Notes: generated by a model not told the origin, from the sequence alone. A stretch of 64,000 nucleotides of DNA from an uncultured Chloroflexia bacterium (GCA_963821595.1 CAWGEL010000028.1:202201-266200), one strand, 5' to 3'; positions 44,044-54,112 are shown, numbered from the stretch's first letter. A program made the numbers and translations.

Positions 44044-44432
44044 ATGATCGGTGCGCTCGGGATGCGCCCGAAGCGCGAGCGCACGGAACCTCGACCGCGA
44101 CGGTCCGTATGTCGTGCGCGGCGCCCGGTACATCGTGCGCGGCGCCCGGATTCGGCCCGCTTCAACCAACGATCCGGGCGCGAACGCAGGAATGATTGCC
44201 TCTGTGGTCGGTGGCCGACGAGCCCGCCGAGCGCCGCCGACCGGAACGCTCCGAAATCGAGCCGAAGGTGGCCCGCCGCCAGGCGGCGGCGCGGGTCGGC
44301 GGGTGGCGTGGCAATTGGAGAGCCCCGCACGGGATCCCCGGGATCGCCGCCAGTAACGATCGGAGCTCGCGGGCGGTGGCCGCCGAGTCCCCGCGCCGAA
44401 TCCCCGCGCCGAGTCCCCTCGGCCGGCAGAGC

Positions 44433-44855
44433 TCAGGGCTCGAGGTCGAGCAGGCGTTCGCCGCGCGGTCCGCGCGGCGAGAGGACCGCGAGCGGCCGGC
44501 GATCGAACGTGGCGATGCGCCGGACTCCGAGCCGCTCAGCGGCTGCGACGAGCAGCGCATCCGACAGGCTCGGCCTGGCTTCCGCGAACGCGGACAGCAG
44601 GGCCGCCGCGCGGGCCACGTCCTCCGGCGTCGGCGCGACCACGCGGATGGCCCCCGACGTCACCGCGTCGAGGACGGCCAGCGTGGCCGGGAGGCCGAGC
44701 TCGCGCTGCAGCAGGTGATCCACGGTGGCGAGCGTGAGCGCCCCGATCAACAGCGGCTCGTCGACCCGTTCGAACCAGGCCCGGGCCGCCGCATGATTGA
44801 GGTCCGCGGCGTCGGCCGCGGCCAGGATCGCCGATGCGTCCAGCAGTACCGCCAT
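44433..44855 (-). CDS. vapC: PIN-domain ribonuclease toxin VapC
   Basis: MAVLLDASAILAA...ATVDHLLQRE...LSDALLVAAAERLGVRRIATFD. Confidence 0.75.
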   Translation of the reverse strand: MAVLLDASAILAAADAADLNHAAARAWFERVDEPLLIGALTLATVDHLLQRELGLPATLAVLDAVTSGAIRVVAPTPEDVARAAALLSAFAEARPSLSDALLVAAAERLGVRRIATFDRRPLAVLSPRGPRGERLLDLEP

Positions 44856-44893
44856 GCCGGCGTGCTCCCGCCCTGCCCCGACCCGCCGCTGCC

Positions 44894-45154
44894 CTAGCCC
44901 GACGCGTCGGCGCGGCGCCGCGTGCCGAGCTCGCGGCCGGCGATGCGGCGTGCGTCGAGCGACAGGCGGCCGTGCCCGCTGCGGCCGATCGCCACGAAGG
45001 GCAGCGGGGCCGCGGACCCGCCGCCCGCCAGGTACGATTCCAGCGCGGCCGTGATGACCGCGGTCTTCGTCAACCCGGCGGCCCGGGCGTGGCGGTCGAG
45101 ACGATCGAGCAGGTCGGGATCGGCAAGGATCGTCGTCCGGTGCAGGCGGCTCAT
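44894..45154 (-). CDS. vapB: VapB-type antitoxin (ribbon-helix-helix / CopG-like)
   Basis: RTTILADPDLLDRLDRHARAAGLTKTAVITAALESYL. A TATATA-like -10 element lies 8-13 nt upstream of the ATG, suggesting a leaderless transcript. Confidence 0.65.
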   Translation of the reverse strand: MSRLHRTTILADPDLLDRLDRHARAAGLTKTAVITAALESYLAGGGSAAPLPFVAIGRSGHGRLSLDARRIAGRELGTRRRADASG

Positions 45155-45270
45155 ATGCGGTCATATATATCACGATGGACAGTGACGCGCCCGTCGCCTA
45201 CGCTCGGCCCCCGGTCGCCGCCCGCCCCGTGCTCGGCCGGAACGTCCGTCCCAGCGCGAGGAGGCCAGCC

Positions 45271-46476
45271 GTGCAGCGTTTCGAGCCCAACCTCCGGATC
45301 CCCGGTCCGACGTTCCTGCCGCCGTCGGTGCGCGAGGCCGGTGGCCGCCAGATGATCAACCATCGTGGCCCGGAGTTCGCCGCCCTGATGGAGCGGATCG
45401 TCCGCCGCATGCGGCCGTTCTTCGGGACGGAGCACGACATCCTGCTGCTGACCGCGGCCGGCACGGGCGGCCTCGAGGCGGCCGTGGTCAACGTCCTCTC
45501 CCCGGGCGACCGGGTGGTCGCCGTGACGGTGGGCGCCTTCGGCGACCGTTTCGCGAAGATCGCCGAGGTCTACGGCGCCAGCGTCCGGCGGCTCGACGCC
45601 GAGTGGGGCCAGGCGGCTCGGCCCGAAGCCCTGGAGGCCGCCCTCGCCGAAGAGGCCGACGTCAAGGCCGTCCTCCTCACGCACAACGAGACCTCCACCG
45701 GCATCACCAATCCCATCGCCGACCTCGCGGCGGCCGTCCATCGGGCCGCCCCGGACGCGCTGGTCGTCGTGGACGGCGTATCCGCCCTCGGAGCGGTGCC
45801 GTTCGAGATGGACGCCTGGGGTCTCGACCTCGTCGTGACCGGCTCGCAGAAGGCCTGGATGAGCGCGCCCGGCATGTCGTTCGCAGCCGTCGGGCCGCGG
45901 GCCTGGGCCGCGGCGGAGGCCGCGCGGATGCCGCGCTTCTATCTCGACCTCAAGCGCCACCGCGAGAGTGCCGCCTCCGGCCAGACGCCGTGGACGCCGG
46001 CCGTGGCGATCATGTACCAAGTCGACGAGGGGCTTCGGCTCATGGAGGAGGAGACGCCCGCCGGCGTGTTCACCCGCCATGCCGCCTGCGCGGCCGCGAC
46101 CCGGGCCGGCCTCCAGGCGCTCGGCTTCGCGCTGCTGGCGGACCCGGCCTTCGCCTCCGACACCGTCACCGCGGCCTGGGTGCCCGACGGGCTCGACTGG
46201 AAGGCGTTCAACGGCGAGGTGAAGGCGCGCCAGGTCATCCTGGCCGGCGGCCAGGGCAAGCTCAAGGGCCGGATCTTCCGCGTCGGCCACCTGGGCGCGG
46301 TGACCCTCGATGACATCCTGGGCCTCATGGCCGTCCTCGAGGAGGTCAGCCGGGCGTTCGGGCGGCCGGTCGAGGGAGGGGCGGCGGTCGCGGCCGCCCA
46401 GCGCGCCGCCCTTGCGGTGGCAGAGGCAGCAGTGGGACCCGGGGCGCGGACGGCAGCGGTGGGTTCCGCCCGATGA
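45271..46476 (+). CDS. Class-V aminotransferase (serine-pyruvate / alanine-glyoxylate / phosphoserine aminotransferase family)
   Basis: LRIPGPTFLPPSV...INHRGPEFAAL...TGSQKAW. AGGAGG lies 6 nt before GTG 45271. The TGA overlaps the serA ATG. Confidence 0.75.
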   Translation: MQRFEPNLRIPGPTFLPPSVREAGGRQMINHRGPEFAALMERIVRRMRPFFGTEHDILLLTAAGTGGLEAAVVNVLSPGDRVVAVTVGAFGDRFAKIAEVYGASVRRLDAEWGQAARPEALEAALAEEADVKAVLLTHNETSTGITNPIADLAAAVHRAAPDALVVVDGVSALGAVPFEMDAWGLDLVVTGSQKAWMSAPGMSFAAVGPRAWAAAEAARMPRFYLDLKRHRESAASGQTPWTPAVAIMYQVDEGLRLMEEETPAGVFTRHAACAAATRAGLQALGFALLADPAFASDTVTAAWVPDGLDWKAFNGEVKARQVILAGGQGKLKGRIFRVGHLGAVTLDDILGLMAVLEEVSRAFGRPVEGGAAVAAAQRAALAVAEAAVGPGARTAAVGSAR

Positions 46477-48056
46477 AGATCCTCGTCGCCGAGCCGCTCG
46501 CCGCCTCCGGCGTCGAGCTGTTGCGCCGCCACCACGACGTCGACGAGCGCATCGGGGCCACGCCCGACGAATACCGGGCGATGCTCCCCGACTACGACGC
46601 GCTCCTGGTCCGCAGCCAGGTCAAGGTCGACGCAGCCATGATCGCGGCGGGTACGCGACTGGTCGTCATCGGCCGCGCCGGCGTCGGCGTCGACAACGTC
46701 GACCTCGACGCGGCGACCCGCGCCGGCATCACGGTGGTCAATGCGCCCACCGGCAACACGATCGCGGCCGCCGAGCACACGCTCGCACTCCTTCTCGCGC
46801 TGGCCCGCCGCGTCGCGGCCGCCGACGCTTCGGTCCGCCGGGGCGAGTGGAAACGCAGCGCGTTCACCGGTGTCGAGCTGCGCGGCAAGACGATCGGCAT
46901 CGTGGGGCTGGGCAAGATCGGCCGGGCCCTGGCCGACCGGGCGCGGGGCCTGCAGATGACCGTGATCGGCTCCGACCCCTATGTCACGCCGGACCAGGCC
47001 GCCCTCCATGGCATCGAGCTGGTCCCGTTCGAGGCGCTCCTGGAGCGGGCGGACGTGGTCTCCCTCCACATCCCCAGGACGAAGGCCACGGCCGGCCTGA
47101 TCGGCGCGGCCGAGCTGGCCCGCATGAAGCACGGCGCGTTCCTCCTCAACGTGGCCCGCGGCGGCCTCATCGACGAGGCCGCGGTCGCGGACGCGCTCCG
47201 GTCCGGACAGCTCGGCGGCGCCGCCGTCGACGTGTACGCGACGGAGCCCCCGGTCGGCTCGCCGCTCCTCGACGCACCGAACACCGTCCTGACGCCCCAC
47301 CTTGGCGCCTCCACCGCAGAGGCGCAGGTGGCCGTCGCCGAGGAAGCGGCCGAGCAGGTGCTCGAAGTGCTCGACGGCAAGTCGGCGAGCTATGCGGTCA
47401 ACGCGCCCCTGCTGACGCCGGAGACGGCACAGGCAATCGCGCCGTACCTGCCGCTGGCCGAGACGCTCGGCCGCTTCTTCGCCCAGTTCGCCCGCGGTTC
47501 CGTGAACACGCTCACCCTCGAGGTGGCGGGAGAGCTCGCCGACCACGACGTCACGCCGCTCCAGGCGGCCGTCCTCCGCGGCCTCCTGGAGGGCACCACG
47601 ACCGAGCGTGTCAACCTCGTCAACGCGGCCCACCTGGCGCGCGCCAGGGGCATCACCATCGTCGAGCGGCGCACACCGGACGCCGGCGCGTTCGCGACGC
47701 TGGTGACGGTGACGGGCGAGGCGGACGGCCGGAGCCGGACGGTCGCGGGAACCCTCGCCAACGGCGAGCAGCGCCTGGTGCGGCTGGACGACGACTGGCT
47801 GGAGATGGCCCCCGCCCCCTGGATGCTGATCACGCGACACCAGGACCGGCCTGGCATGATGGGTCGCGTGGGTCTCGCCCTCGGCGCCGCCGACATCAAC
47901 ATCAGCGCGATGCACCTCGGACGGCGCGCGCCGCGCAGCGACGCGTTCATGCTCCTGGCCATCGACGATCCCGTCCCGGACCCGGTGGCCGCGACGATCC
48001 GCGAGATCGACGGCGTGCTGGACCTGTGGGTGATCGACCTCGGGATCGGCGCGTGA
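46473..48056 (+). CDS. serA: D-3-phosphoglycerate dehydrogenase (with ASB and ACT domains)
   Basis: 527 aa. GKTIGIVGLGKIGRALA...LLNVARGGLIDE. C-terminal ACT domain. Confidence 0.9.
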   Translation: MKILVAEPLAASGVELLRRHHDVDERIGATPDEYRAMLPDYDALLVRSQVKVDAAMIAAGTRLVVIGRAGVGVDNVDLDAATRAGITVVNAPTGNTIAAAEHTLALLLALARRVAAADASVRRGEWKRSAFTGVELRGKTIGIVGLGKIGRALADRARGLQMTVIGSDPYVTPDQAALHGIELVPFEALLERADVVSLHIPRTKATAGLIGAAELARMKHGAFLLNVARGGLIDEAAVADALRSGQLGGAAVDVYATEPPVGSPLLDAPNTVLTPHLGASTAEAQVAVAEEAAEQVLEVLDGKSASYAVNAPLLTPETAQAIAPYLPLAETLGRFFAQFARGSVNTLTLEVAGELADHDVTPLQAAVLRGLLEGTTTERVNLVNAAHLARARGITIVERRTPDAGAFATLVTVTGEADGRSRTVAGTLANGEQRLVRLDDDWLEMAPAPWMLITRHQDRPGMMGRVGLALGAADINISAMHLGRRAPRSDAFMLLAIDDPVPDPVAATIREIDGVLDLWVIDLGIGA

Positions 48057-48991
48057 CGGACGCGCCGGTGGACGCGCCGGTGGACGTGCCGGTGGACGCG
48101 CCGGTGGACGCGCCGGCGCAGCGGGGCGCGCCCGAACCGGACCCGACCGTTCGCCTCGCGCTGCCGCCGGACCTCGAGGCGACCCTGGTCCTCGTCCGGC
48201 ACGGCCAATCCACGTGGCTGGCCGAGGGCCGCTTCCAGGGCCAGGCAGACCCTCCCCTGACGCCCCTCGGCCGGCGCCAGGCCCGCCTCGCCGGCGAGCG
48301 CATCGCAGCGGCGACTCGCCCACCGCGGCTCCCGATCCCGGCCGGCCGCCCGATCGCGATCTTCCACTCGCCGCTGGCGCGGACGCGCGAGACGGCGGAC
48401 GCGATCGCCTCCGCGCTCGGCGGCCCGGAGGCGGCCGATGCTCCTCCCCTCGTCCCCGACGGGCGCCTCGCCGAGATCGCCCAGGGGGCCTGGGAGGGCC
48501 TGCTCCAGACCGAGATCGAGTCGCGCTATGCGGCCGTGATCGACGGCTGGCGGCGCGACCCCGTCACCGTCCATGCCCCCGGGGGCGAGACGCTGGCCTC
48601 GGTCGACGCGCGCGTCCGCGTGGGCCTCGAACGGATCCTCGGCGACCTTGCTGCCGCGGCCGGCGGCAGCGTCGGCGGGGGCGGTCCGGCGCCGGGCAGG
48701 GCGCCGGCGCGATCCTTCTACGACCTGCACCAGGCGCCGTGGGCGGTGATCGTCAGCCACGGCGGCGCGCTGCAGGTGGTGATGCTGGCCCTGCTGGGCC
48801 TCGCGCTGGATCGCTTCTGGAGCTTCCCCATGGGTCCCGCAGCGCTGGCGATCGTGGACGTCCGCAACGGCAGGGCGGCCGTGCGCGCCTGGAACCGCAC
48901 GGACCACCTTGCGCCGATCGAGGAGGAGGACGCCCAGGCGGCGCGCGCCGCCTCCGAGCAGTCCGACCAGTCCCGCACCGGCGCGCTCTGA
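48053..48991 (+). CDS. Histidine-phosphatase (phosphoglycerate-mutase) family protein; candidate phosphoserine phosphatase
   Basis: RHG motif LVLVRHGQSTWLAEGRFQG and VIVSHGGALQ. N-terminal (DAPV)5 repeat. The GTG overlaps the serA TGA. Confidence 0.7.
   Translation: MTDAPVDAPVDVPVDAPVDAPAQRGAPEPDPTVRLALPPDLEATLVLVRHGQSTWLAEGRFQGQADPPLTPLGRRQARLAGERIAAATRPPRLPIPAGRPIAIFHSPLARTRETADAIASALGGPEAADAPPLVPDGRLAEIAQGAWEGLLQTEIESRYAAVIDGWRRDPVTVHAPGGETLASVDARVRVGLERILGDLAAAAGGSVGGGGPAPGRAPARSFYDLHQAPWAVIVSHGGALQVVMLALLGLALDRFWSFPMGPAALAIVDVRNGRAAVRAWNRTDHLAPIEEEDAQAARAASEQSDQSRTGAL
48058..48117. repeat. 12-bp tandem repeat, 5 copies (GACGCGCCGGTG) encoding (DAPV)5
   Basis: Perfect except for one GTG/GCG variant. 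Lies at the 5' end of the phosphatase CDS. Confidence 0.8.
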
Positions 48992-49275
48992 CTCCCCGAC
49001 GTCGGCGGTGGATGGCGGCCCTCTCCAGGCCCGCCGCGGGGCACGGTCGACCCGCACGCGGGCCAAGCCGCGTGCCTGGTAGGCGACCAGGAGGCCCGGT
49101 GGCCGAGGTTCTCCTGCCGCCCGCTACCAGGAGGCCTGGTCGGCTGGAGCGTGGAGTCACAACGAGTCACGGGATCGGGCGTGACCGGCACGCTCCCGGC
49201 TGCTGCCTTCGACCACCATCCCTGGTAGCGGTGAGGTGATCGCGGGCGACGCCGGATCGCCCGGCGGGCTCGAGC

Positions 49276-51612
49276 CTAGTCGCGCCGGCGCCGGAACACG
49301 AGGCGCAGCAGCAACAGCCGGAGGCGCCGCTGCGCCTCTCCGAGCGTCATCATCCGCGCGTACGAGAGCTGCTTGTGGCCATACGTGGCCTCCACGGCCG
49401 ACCTCGCCACGAGCTGGAGGTCGGGTCGCGCGACGGGGAGCGCGTCCGAGATCGTCCCGAGGTACTCGTACACCGTCTGCGTCGGCCGGCGGCGGTAGCC
49501 CAGTCGACCGGCGATCATCGCGACCGTCCGGTAGGCGGCCTCCGGTCGGACCGGCCGCCGCCAGCGCCGCCGGAACCACAGCGCGACGAGCAGGATCGCG
49601 AAGCCGACCGCCGGGATCGCGAGGACGATCGCAGGTCCGATGCCCTCCTGGGGCTGCACGGGCCCGACGGCGCCGCCGGGCCGGATCGACCGCTGGTCCT
49701 CGTTGCGCCCGCGCGACGAGCCCGGGCCCACGCTGGAGGTGGCTCCGGCGCTCGGCGAGGCAGAGGGCACGGGGCCCGCGGGCAGGGCGACCGGCTGGCC
49801 GACGCCGCCGCCGGTGGGATCGAAGTCGACCCAGCCGACGCCCGGGAAGTAGGCCTGGACCCACGCGTGGGCACCGCTTCGCCGGATGGTCTGGACGCCG
49901 TTCGCGTCCGCCTGGCCCGGCAGGAACCCTTCCACCAGCCGCGCCGGAATACCCTGTAGGCGAAGCATCACGACCATCGTCGACGCGTAGTACTCGCAGT
50001 ACCCGGTCCGGTAGGTGACGAAGCAGTCGACGATGCTGAGCCCGCTGCAGTCGTTCCTGGACACGTCGAGTGAATAGGTGAAGTGGTTGCCGTCGCGAAG
50101 GTACGACTCGATCGCCTTCGCGACGTCGTACGGGTTGTCGGGCCTGGCGGCGGCGAGGATCGTGGAGAGCAGCTTCTGCGTCTCCTGGCCCGCCGTGCCC
50201 GGATCCAGGCTCGTGTAGACGGCCTTCACGTCGGCCGGGTAGTCCGTGCCCGCGGCGCGCAGCCGGTTGGCGGTGAGGTCGCCGGGGCTGTTCGGTTCGT
50301 CCGTTCGGGCCACGGCGGCGGTGGCGCTGTACGCGCCGCCCTTGGTCGTGCCGATCAGGGCGAAGAACGAGGACGAGCCCCCCGTGACGTAGGTCGGCCT
50401 CGTGTCCTGGCTGACGTCGGTGACGATGCCGGGCGCCAGCAGCACTCGAGGCGCACCTGCTGCGACCGGTGTCACCGTGTACGTCTGCGACGCGTAGGAC
50501 ACGCCGTCCAGCGGCGCGTCCGCGGTTCCCGCCATCGGGCTCGTTCCCGCGGCCACCGTCGTGTCGGCGTGCGAGCTCCAGCTCCAGATGTTGCCCGACA
50601 GGTGGTCGTAGGTCGCGGCGATCCACTTTCGCGCCGGCGTGCCCGGCGAGACCGACACGGTGTAGAGCGGCGCGTTGTCCGTGATCCACACGCCGGTGAT
50701 CGTGACGCTCGGCCCGAAGCTCACGCCGCCGATACGGGTGCCGGGACCACCGGCCGGGAACCAGCGCGCGATCTGGGTGCCGATATCGACGAACTGCTGG
50801 TCGATCCCCGACCACGCGTCGGCGAGCGGCGCCGACGACGCCACGCCGGTCAGCACGAGGGAGCCGACCACGGCGATGGAGACGAATGTGAGGCCGGCCC
50901 TGACCGACAGGCCGGCGGCGTCGCCGACGTCGCCGATCCGGTTGCGAACCCACGCCCGCTCCTCGTCCGCGACATGGAATCGCACCAGGAACAGCAACCC
51001 GGCGATCGTCGCCACGACCAGCATCGGGTACTGGTTCTGGGTGGTCAGGGCGACGTTGCCCAGGAGCAGCGATCCGGGCACGACGACCGCCGCCAGCGGC
51101 CGGCGATGGGCGTACGCCGCGTACGCGGCGAACTGGCCGGTGCCCCAGCAGAGCCCGCCCAGGACCAGCAGGAAGTGGGCGATGGAGGTCGTTGTCGCAT
51201 GACCCTTGATCGCCAGGTCGATCCAGGCGTTGGCAACCGAGGCGGCGGTCGCGTCGAACATGCCGATCGGAGATGCCCCGGGGGCAAGGCGCGCTCCGAT
51301 CGTGAGGGTCAGGAACGTCGTGGCGGCGATCGCGCCGCCGAGGTGCGCCACCAGCCGCCCGCGATGCAGCTTGGCCGCGCCGAATCCCCACGCGACGCCA
51401 AGGGCGCCGGCCCACGGCAGGAAGTCGGTCAGCGTCCCATCGCCGAGGACCCAGCGGCTGTCGTCCATCGCCCAGCCCACGAGGGCACAGATGAGGGCGA
51501 GCAACAGGACCGTGACCCAGCCCTCGGCAGGGCCGAGCCTGAGGGAGCGCTCCTCGCCATGGACGACGGGCCGGGCCGCCCCCAGGTCGAACGGAGTGGG
51601 AGGGGCCATCAT
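49276..51612 (-). CDS. Transglutaminase-domain membrane protein (DUF3488 plus TGase core)
   Basis: Intact 778 aa. Polytopic N-terminus. Core GYCEYYASTMVVMLRLQGIPARLVEGF...HAWVQAYFPGVGWVDFDPT. Confidence 0.8.
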   Translation of the reverse strand: MMAPPTPFDLGAARPVVHGEERSLRLGPAEGWVTVLLLALICALVGWAMDDSRWVLGDGTLTDFLPWAGALGVAWGFGAAKLHRGRLVAHLGGAIAATTFLTLTIGARLAPGASPIGMFDATAASVANAWIDLAIKGHATTTSIAHFLLVLGGLCWGTGQFAAYAAYAHRRPLAAVVVPGSLLLGNVALTTQNQYPMLVVATIAGLLFLVRFHVADEERAWVRNRIGDVGDAAGLSVRAGLTFVSIAVVGSLVLTGVASSAPLADAWSGIDQQFVDIGTQIARWFPAGGPGTRIGGVSFGPSVTITGVWITDNAPLYTVSVSPGTPARKWIAATYDHLSGNIWSWSSHADTTVAAGTSPMAGTADAPLDGVSYASQTYTVTPVAAGAPRVLLAPGIVTDVSQDTRPTYVTGGSSSFFALIGTTKGGAYSATAAVARTDEPNSPGDLTANRLRAAGTDYPADVKAVYTSLDPGTAGQETQKLLSTILAAARPDNPYDVAKAIESYLRDGNHFTYSLDVSRNDCSGLSIVDCFVTYRTGYCEYYASTMVVMLRLQGIPARLVEGFLPGQADANGVQTIRRSGAHAWVQAYFPGVGWVDFDPTGGGVGQPVALPAGPVPSASPSAGATSSVGPGSSRGRNEDQRSIRPGGAVGPVQPQEGIGPAIVLAIPAVGFAILLVALWFRRRWRRPVRPEAAYRTVAMIAGRLGYRRRPTQTVYEYLGTISDALPVARPDLQLVARSAVEATYGHKQLSYARMMTLGEAQRRLRLLLLRLVFRRRRD

Positions 51613-51622
51613 CGCGCGTCAC

Positions 51623-52879
51623 TCATCCGATCAGGACCTCGCCGAGCGGCATCGCCGGCGGAACCAGGTAGCTCCGGAGGTCGAACTCGGCCAGGGCGTG
51701 GCGAAGGTTCCGGGCGCCCTGCTCGATCGGCGCCATCTCGGGGTCTGCGTCGGGCTCCACCGACCGCCCGGCAAGCATTGCAGCGCGGCGCTCGAAGGCA
51801 AGGTTGTCGAGGCAGAACACCTGGCAGCCGATGCCGCGCGGCCGGAGCGACGCGAGCGGCCGAACCCATGCCGGGTCCATCGACGGCGTGATGATCAGCG
51901 CCGACATGCCCCGGCGCATCAGCGGGATGCCCGCCACGAGCGCTTCGAGCAGGGGCGTGGTGCCGTCGGCTTCGACCGCCGCAAGGAGGTTGAGCACCTT
52001 CAGCCGCTGGCGCGGCCCGCGGTCGGGCGTGAGGCTCGTGGCGTGGGCTCCCGTCGTGGTGATCCCGACCGCCCGGTTGTCGCCCAGGGCCCGCTCCGCC
52101 AGGGCGGCCGCGACGCGGACGCCGACCTCGACCGTGGCGTCGTCGCCCTGTCCCCGCTGCACGGCCCGCTCCAGGTCGAGCACGATCCACACGTCAGCGG
52201 TCTGCTCCAGGTCGAACTCCTTGACCTGGATCTCGCCCGTCCGGGCCGTCGACGGCCAGTGGATGCGGTTGAAGCTGTCGCCAGGAGCGTACGGCCGGAT
52301 GCTGGTGGCCAGCGGCGTGGTCTGGAGCGTCCGGACGGGGGTGGATCGGCTCCCTTCCAGGCTCACCGCCTGGAGCCGCCAGCGCGGGATCGGCTCCAGG
52401 CGCGGGTACACGACGAGCGTGATGCCGCGGCCGACGCTGGCCGTGGCCTCGAAGAAGCCGAATGGATCGCCGGTCCGGATGTGGAGCGGGTCGACGCGGA
52501 AGTGGCCCCGCCGGAGCAGCGGCACGCGGGCCACCCACGATCGCTCGCGGTGCGGCCCGAGCGAGATGGCCCGGCCGGGCAATGGCACCGGAAGCGTGGA
52601 CGGGTTGTGGACCTCCAGCCACAGCTTGGGGAAGCGGCCCGTGTTGCGGAGCGTGTACGTCGCCCGGAGCTGGTCGCCCACGTGGGCCTGGAGCGCGTTC
52701 ACGGCATATCCGGCCTCAAGGTCAGCCAGGCCGAAGCGGGTGACCACGTAGCTGCCGCCCACGACGAGGACGCCGAGATAGACGAGGTAGAAGAGGAAGT
52801 CGTAGCCCGTGCTGAACGCCGCCACGATCAGCAGGCCGGCCAGGACCGTGATCGGGATCCGGCGCACGAAGCGCAGCAT
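51623..52879 (-). CDS. DUF58 (vWA-like) protein, MoxR partner
   Basis: MLRFVRRIPITVLAGLLIV..., then DUF58 motifs ...YAPGDSFNRIHW... Confidence 0.75.
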   Translation of the reverse strand: MLRFVRRIPITVLAGLLIVAAFSTGYDFLFYLVYLGVLVVGGSYVVTRFGLADLEAGYAVNALQAHVGDQLRATYTLRNTGRFPKLWLEVHNPSTLPVPLPGRAISLGPHRERSWVARVPLLRRGHFRVDPLHIRTGDPFGFFEATASVGRGITLVVYPRLEPIPRWRLQAVSLEGSRSTPVRTLQTTPLATSIRPYAPGDSFNRIHWPSTARTGEIQVKEFDLEQTADVWIVLDLERAVQRGQGDDATVEVGVRVAAALAERALGDNRAVGITTTGAHATSLTPDRGPRQRLKVLNLLAAVEADGTTPLLEALVAGIPLMRRGMSALIITPSMDPAWVRPLASLRPRGIGCQVFCLDNLAFERRAAMLAGRSVEPDADPEMAPIEQGARNLRHALAEFDLRSYLVPPAMPLGEVLIG

Positions 52880-52908
52880 CGGGACCTCGCTGTGGTGCTG
52901 CGAGCGGC

Positions 52909-53901
52909 TCAGCGGGCCCGGGTGGGCTCCGCGTCGATTCGCCGCGGGCCGCCGGACCGGCCGGCCGGGGCCTCCACCGGCACCGTCTCCAGCAGCTCGC
53001 GAGCGATGGTCGACGCGTCGACCTCGCGGATCGAGGAGCTGGTCTTGATGATGAGCCGATGGGCCAGCGCGGGCTCCGCCAGGGCCTTGACGTCGTCGGG
53101 GATCACGTAGTCGCGGCCGAGGAGTGCCGCCCGGGCCTGGCCGGCGCGGTAGAGGGCGATCGAGCCACGCGGCGAGGCGCCGAGGTAGACATCCGGGTGG
53201 ACGCGCGTGGCGTTCACCAGGCGGACGATGTACTCCGCCACGGCCGGGTCGACGTAGACCTCGCGAATGGCCGCCTGCATCTCCCGCATCTCGACCGTGG
53301 AGCACACCACCTCGAGCTCATCGAGCGGGTGGACGCGCTTCTGCTCGTCGAGGATGACGATCTCCTCGGTGGGCGTCGGGTAGCCCATGCGGAGCCGGAG
53401 CATGAAGCGGTCGAGCTGCGCCTCCGGCAGGGCGAACGTGCCCTCGTACTCGATGGGGTTCTGGGTGGCGATGACCAGGAACGGGTCGGGCATCGGATGG
53501 CTGATCCCGTCGATGGTCGCCTGGCGCTCCTCCATGCATTCGAGCAGCGCGGACTGCGTCTTGGGCGTCGCCCGGTTGATCTCGTCGGCGAGCACGACCT
53601 GGCTCATGATCGGGCCGGGGCGGAACTCGAACTCCTGCACCTTCTGATTGTAGATGGAGAGGCCGGTCACGTCCGACGGCAGGAGGTCCGGCGTGAACTG
53701 GATCCGCCGGAACGTGCAGCCCAGGCTGCGCGCGATGGCCTTGGCCAGGACGGTCTTGCCGGTACCGGGCACATCTTCGATGAGCAGGTGCCCCCGGCAC
53801 AGCAGGGCGACCAGGGCCAGCTGAACCTCGGCATGCTTGCCGACGATCACACGCTCGACGTTCGCGACGACCCGGTCGCCGGATTCCTGGATCTTGGTCA
53901 T
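52909..53901 (-). CDS. MoxR-family AAA+ ATPase
   Basis: [41 protein letters not shown]. Confidence 0.9.
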   Translation of the reverse strand: MTKIQESGDRVVANVERVIVGKHAEVQLALVALLCRGHLLIEDVPGTGKTVLAKAIARSLGCTFRRIQFTPDLLPSDVTGLSIYNQKVQEFEFRPGPIMSQVVLADEINRATPKTQSALLECMEERQATIDGISHPMPDPFLVIATQNPIEYEGTFALPEAQLDRFMLRLRMGYPTPTEEIVILDEQKRVHPLDELEVVCSTVEMREMQAAIREVYVDPAVAEYIVRLVNATRVHPDVYLGASPRGSIALYRAGQARAALLGRDYVIPDDVKALAEPALAHRLIIKTSSSIREVDASTIARELLETVPVEAPAGRSGGPRRIDAEPTRAR

Positions 53902-54112
53902 CGGGCTCCTCGCCTGGCAGCGCCTGCGACGCGACCGAGGGGCGGGTGCGGACGGCGGGACAGCACCGGCTCCGCGGGTCGCGAGTGGGTGGTCGTTGGG
54001 GTCCGGTGATAGTACGTCTGAGCGCGCGATTCAGTTGCGCTGGAGGCCGTCGGCCCGCGAAATTCGCGGCCGTTGCGCCGGTCGCATGCCGAGCGCCACG
54101 GAACTGACCGGC

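Noticed and set aside
42550-44169. N-terminal 85 codons of the 539-aa rarA ORF, including the RNGRAGTAEQERQS repeats
   Set aside because: This is the in-frame translation of the 14-bp DNA repeat array. RarA homologs start near LAARMRPRTL, so the start is called at GTG 43914.
46310-48991. 893-aa plus ORF
   Set aside because: It is out-of-frame read-through of serA, whose true frame is 46473..48056, fused to the genuine phosphatase frame. Only 48053..48991 is coding in this frame.
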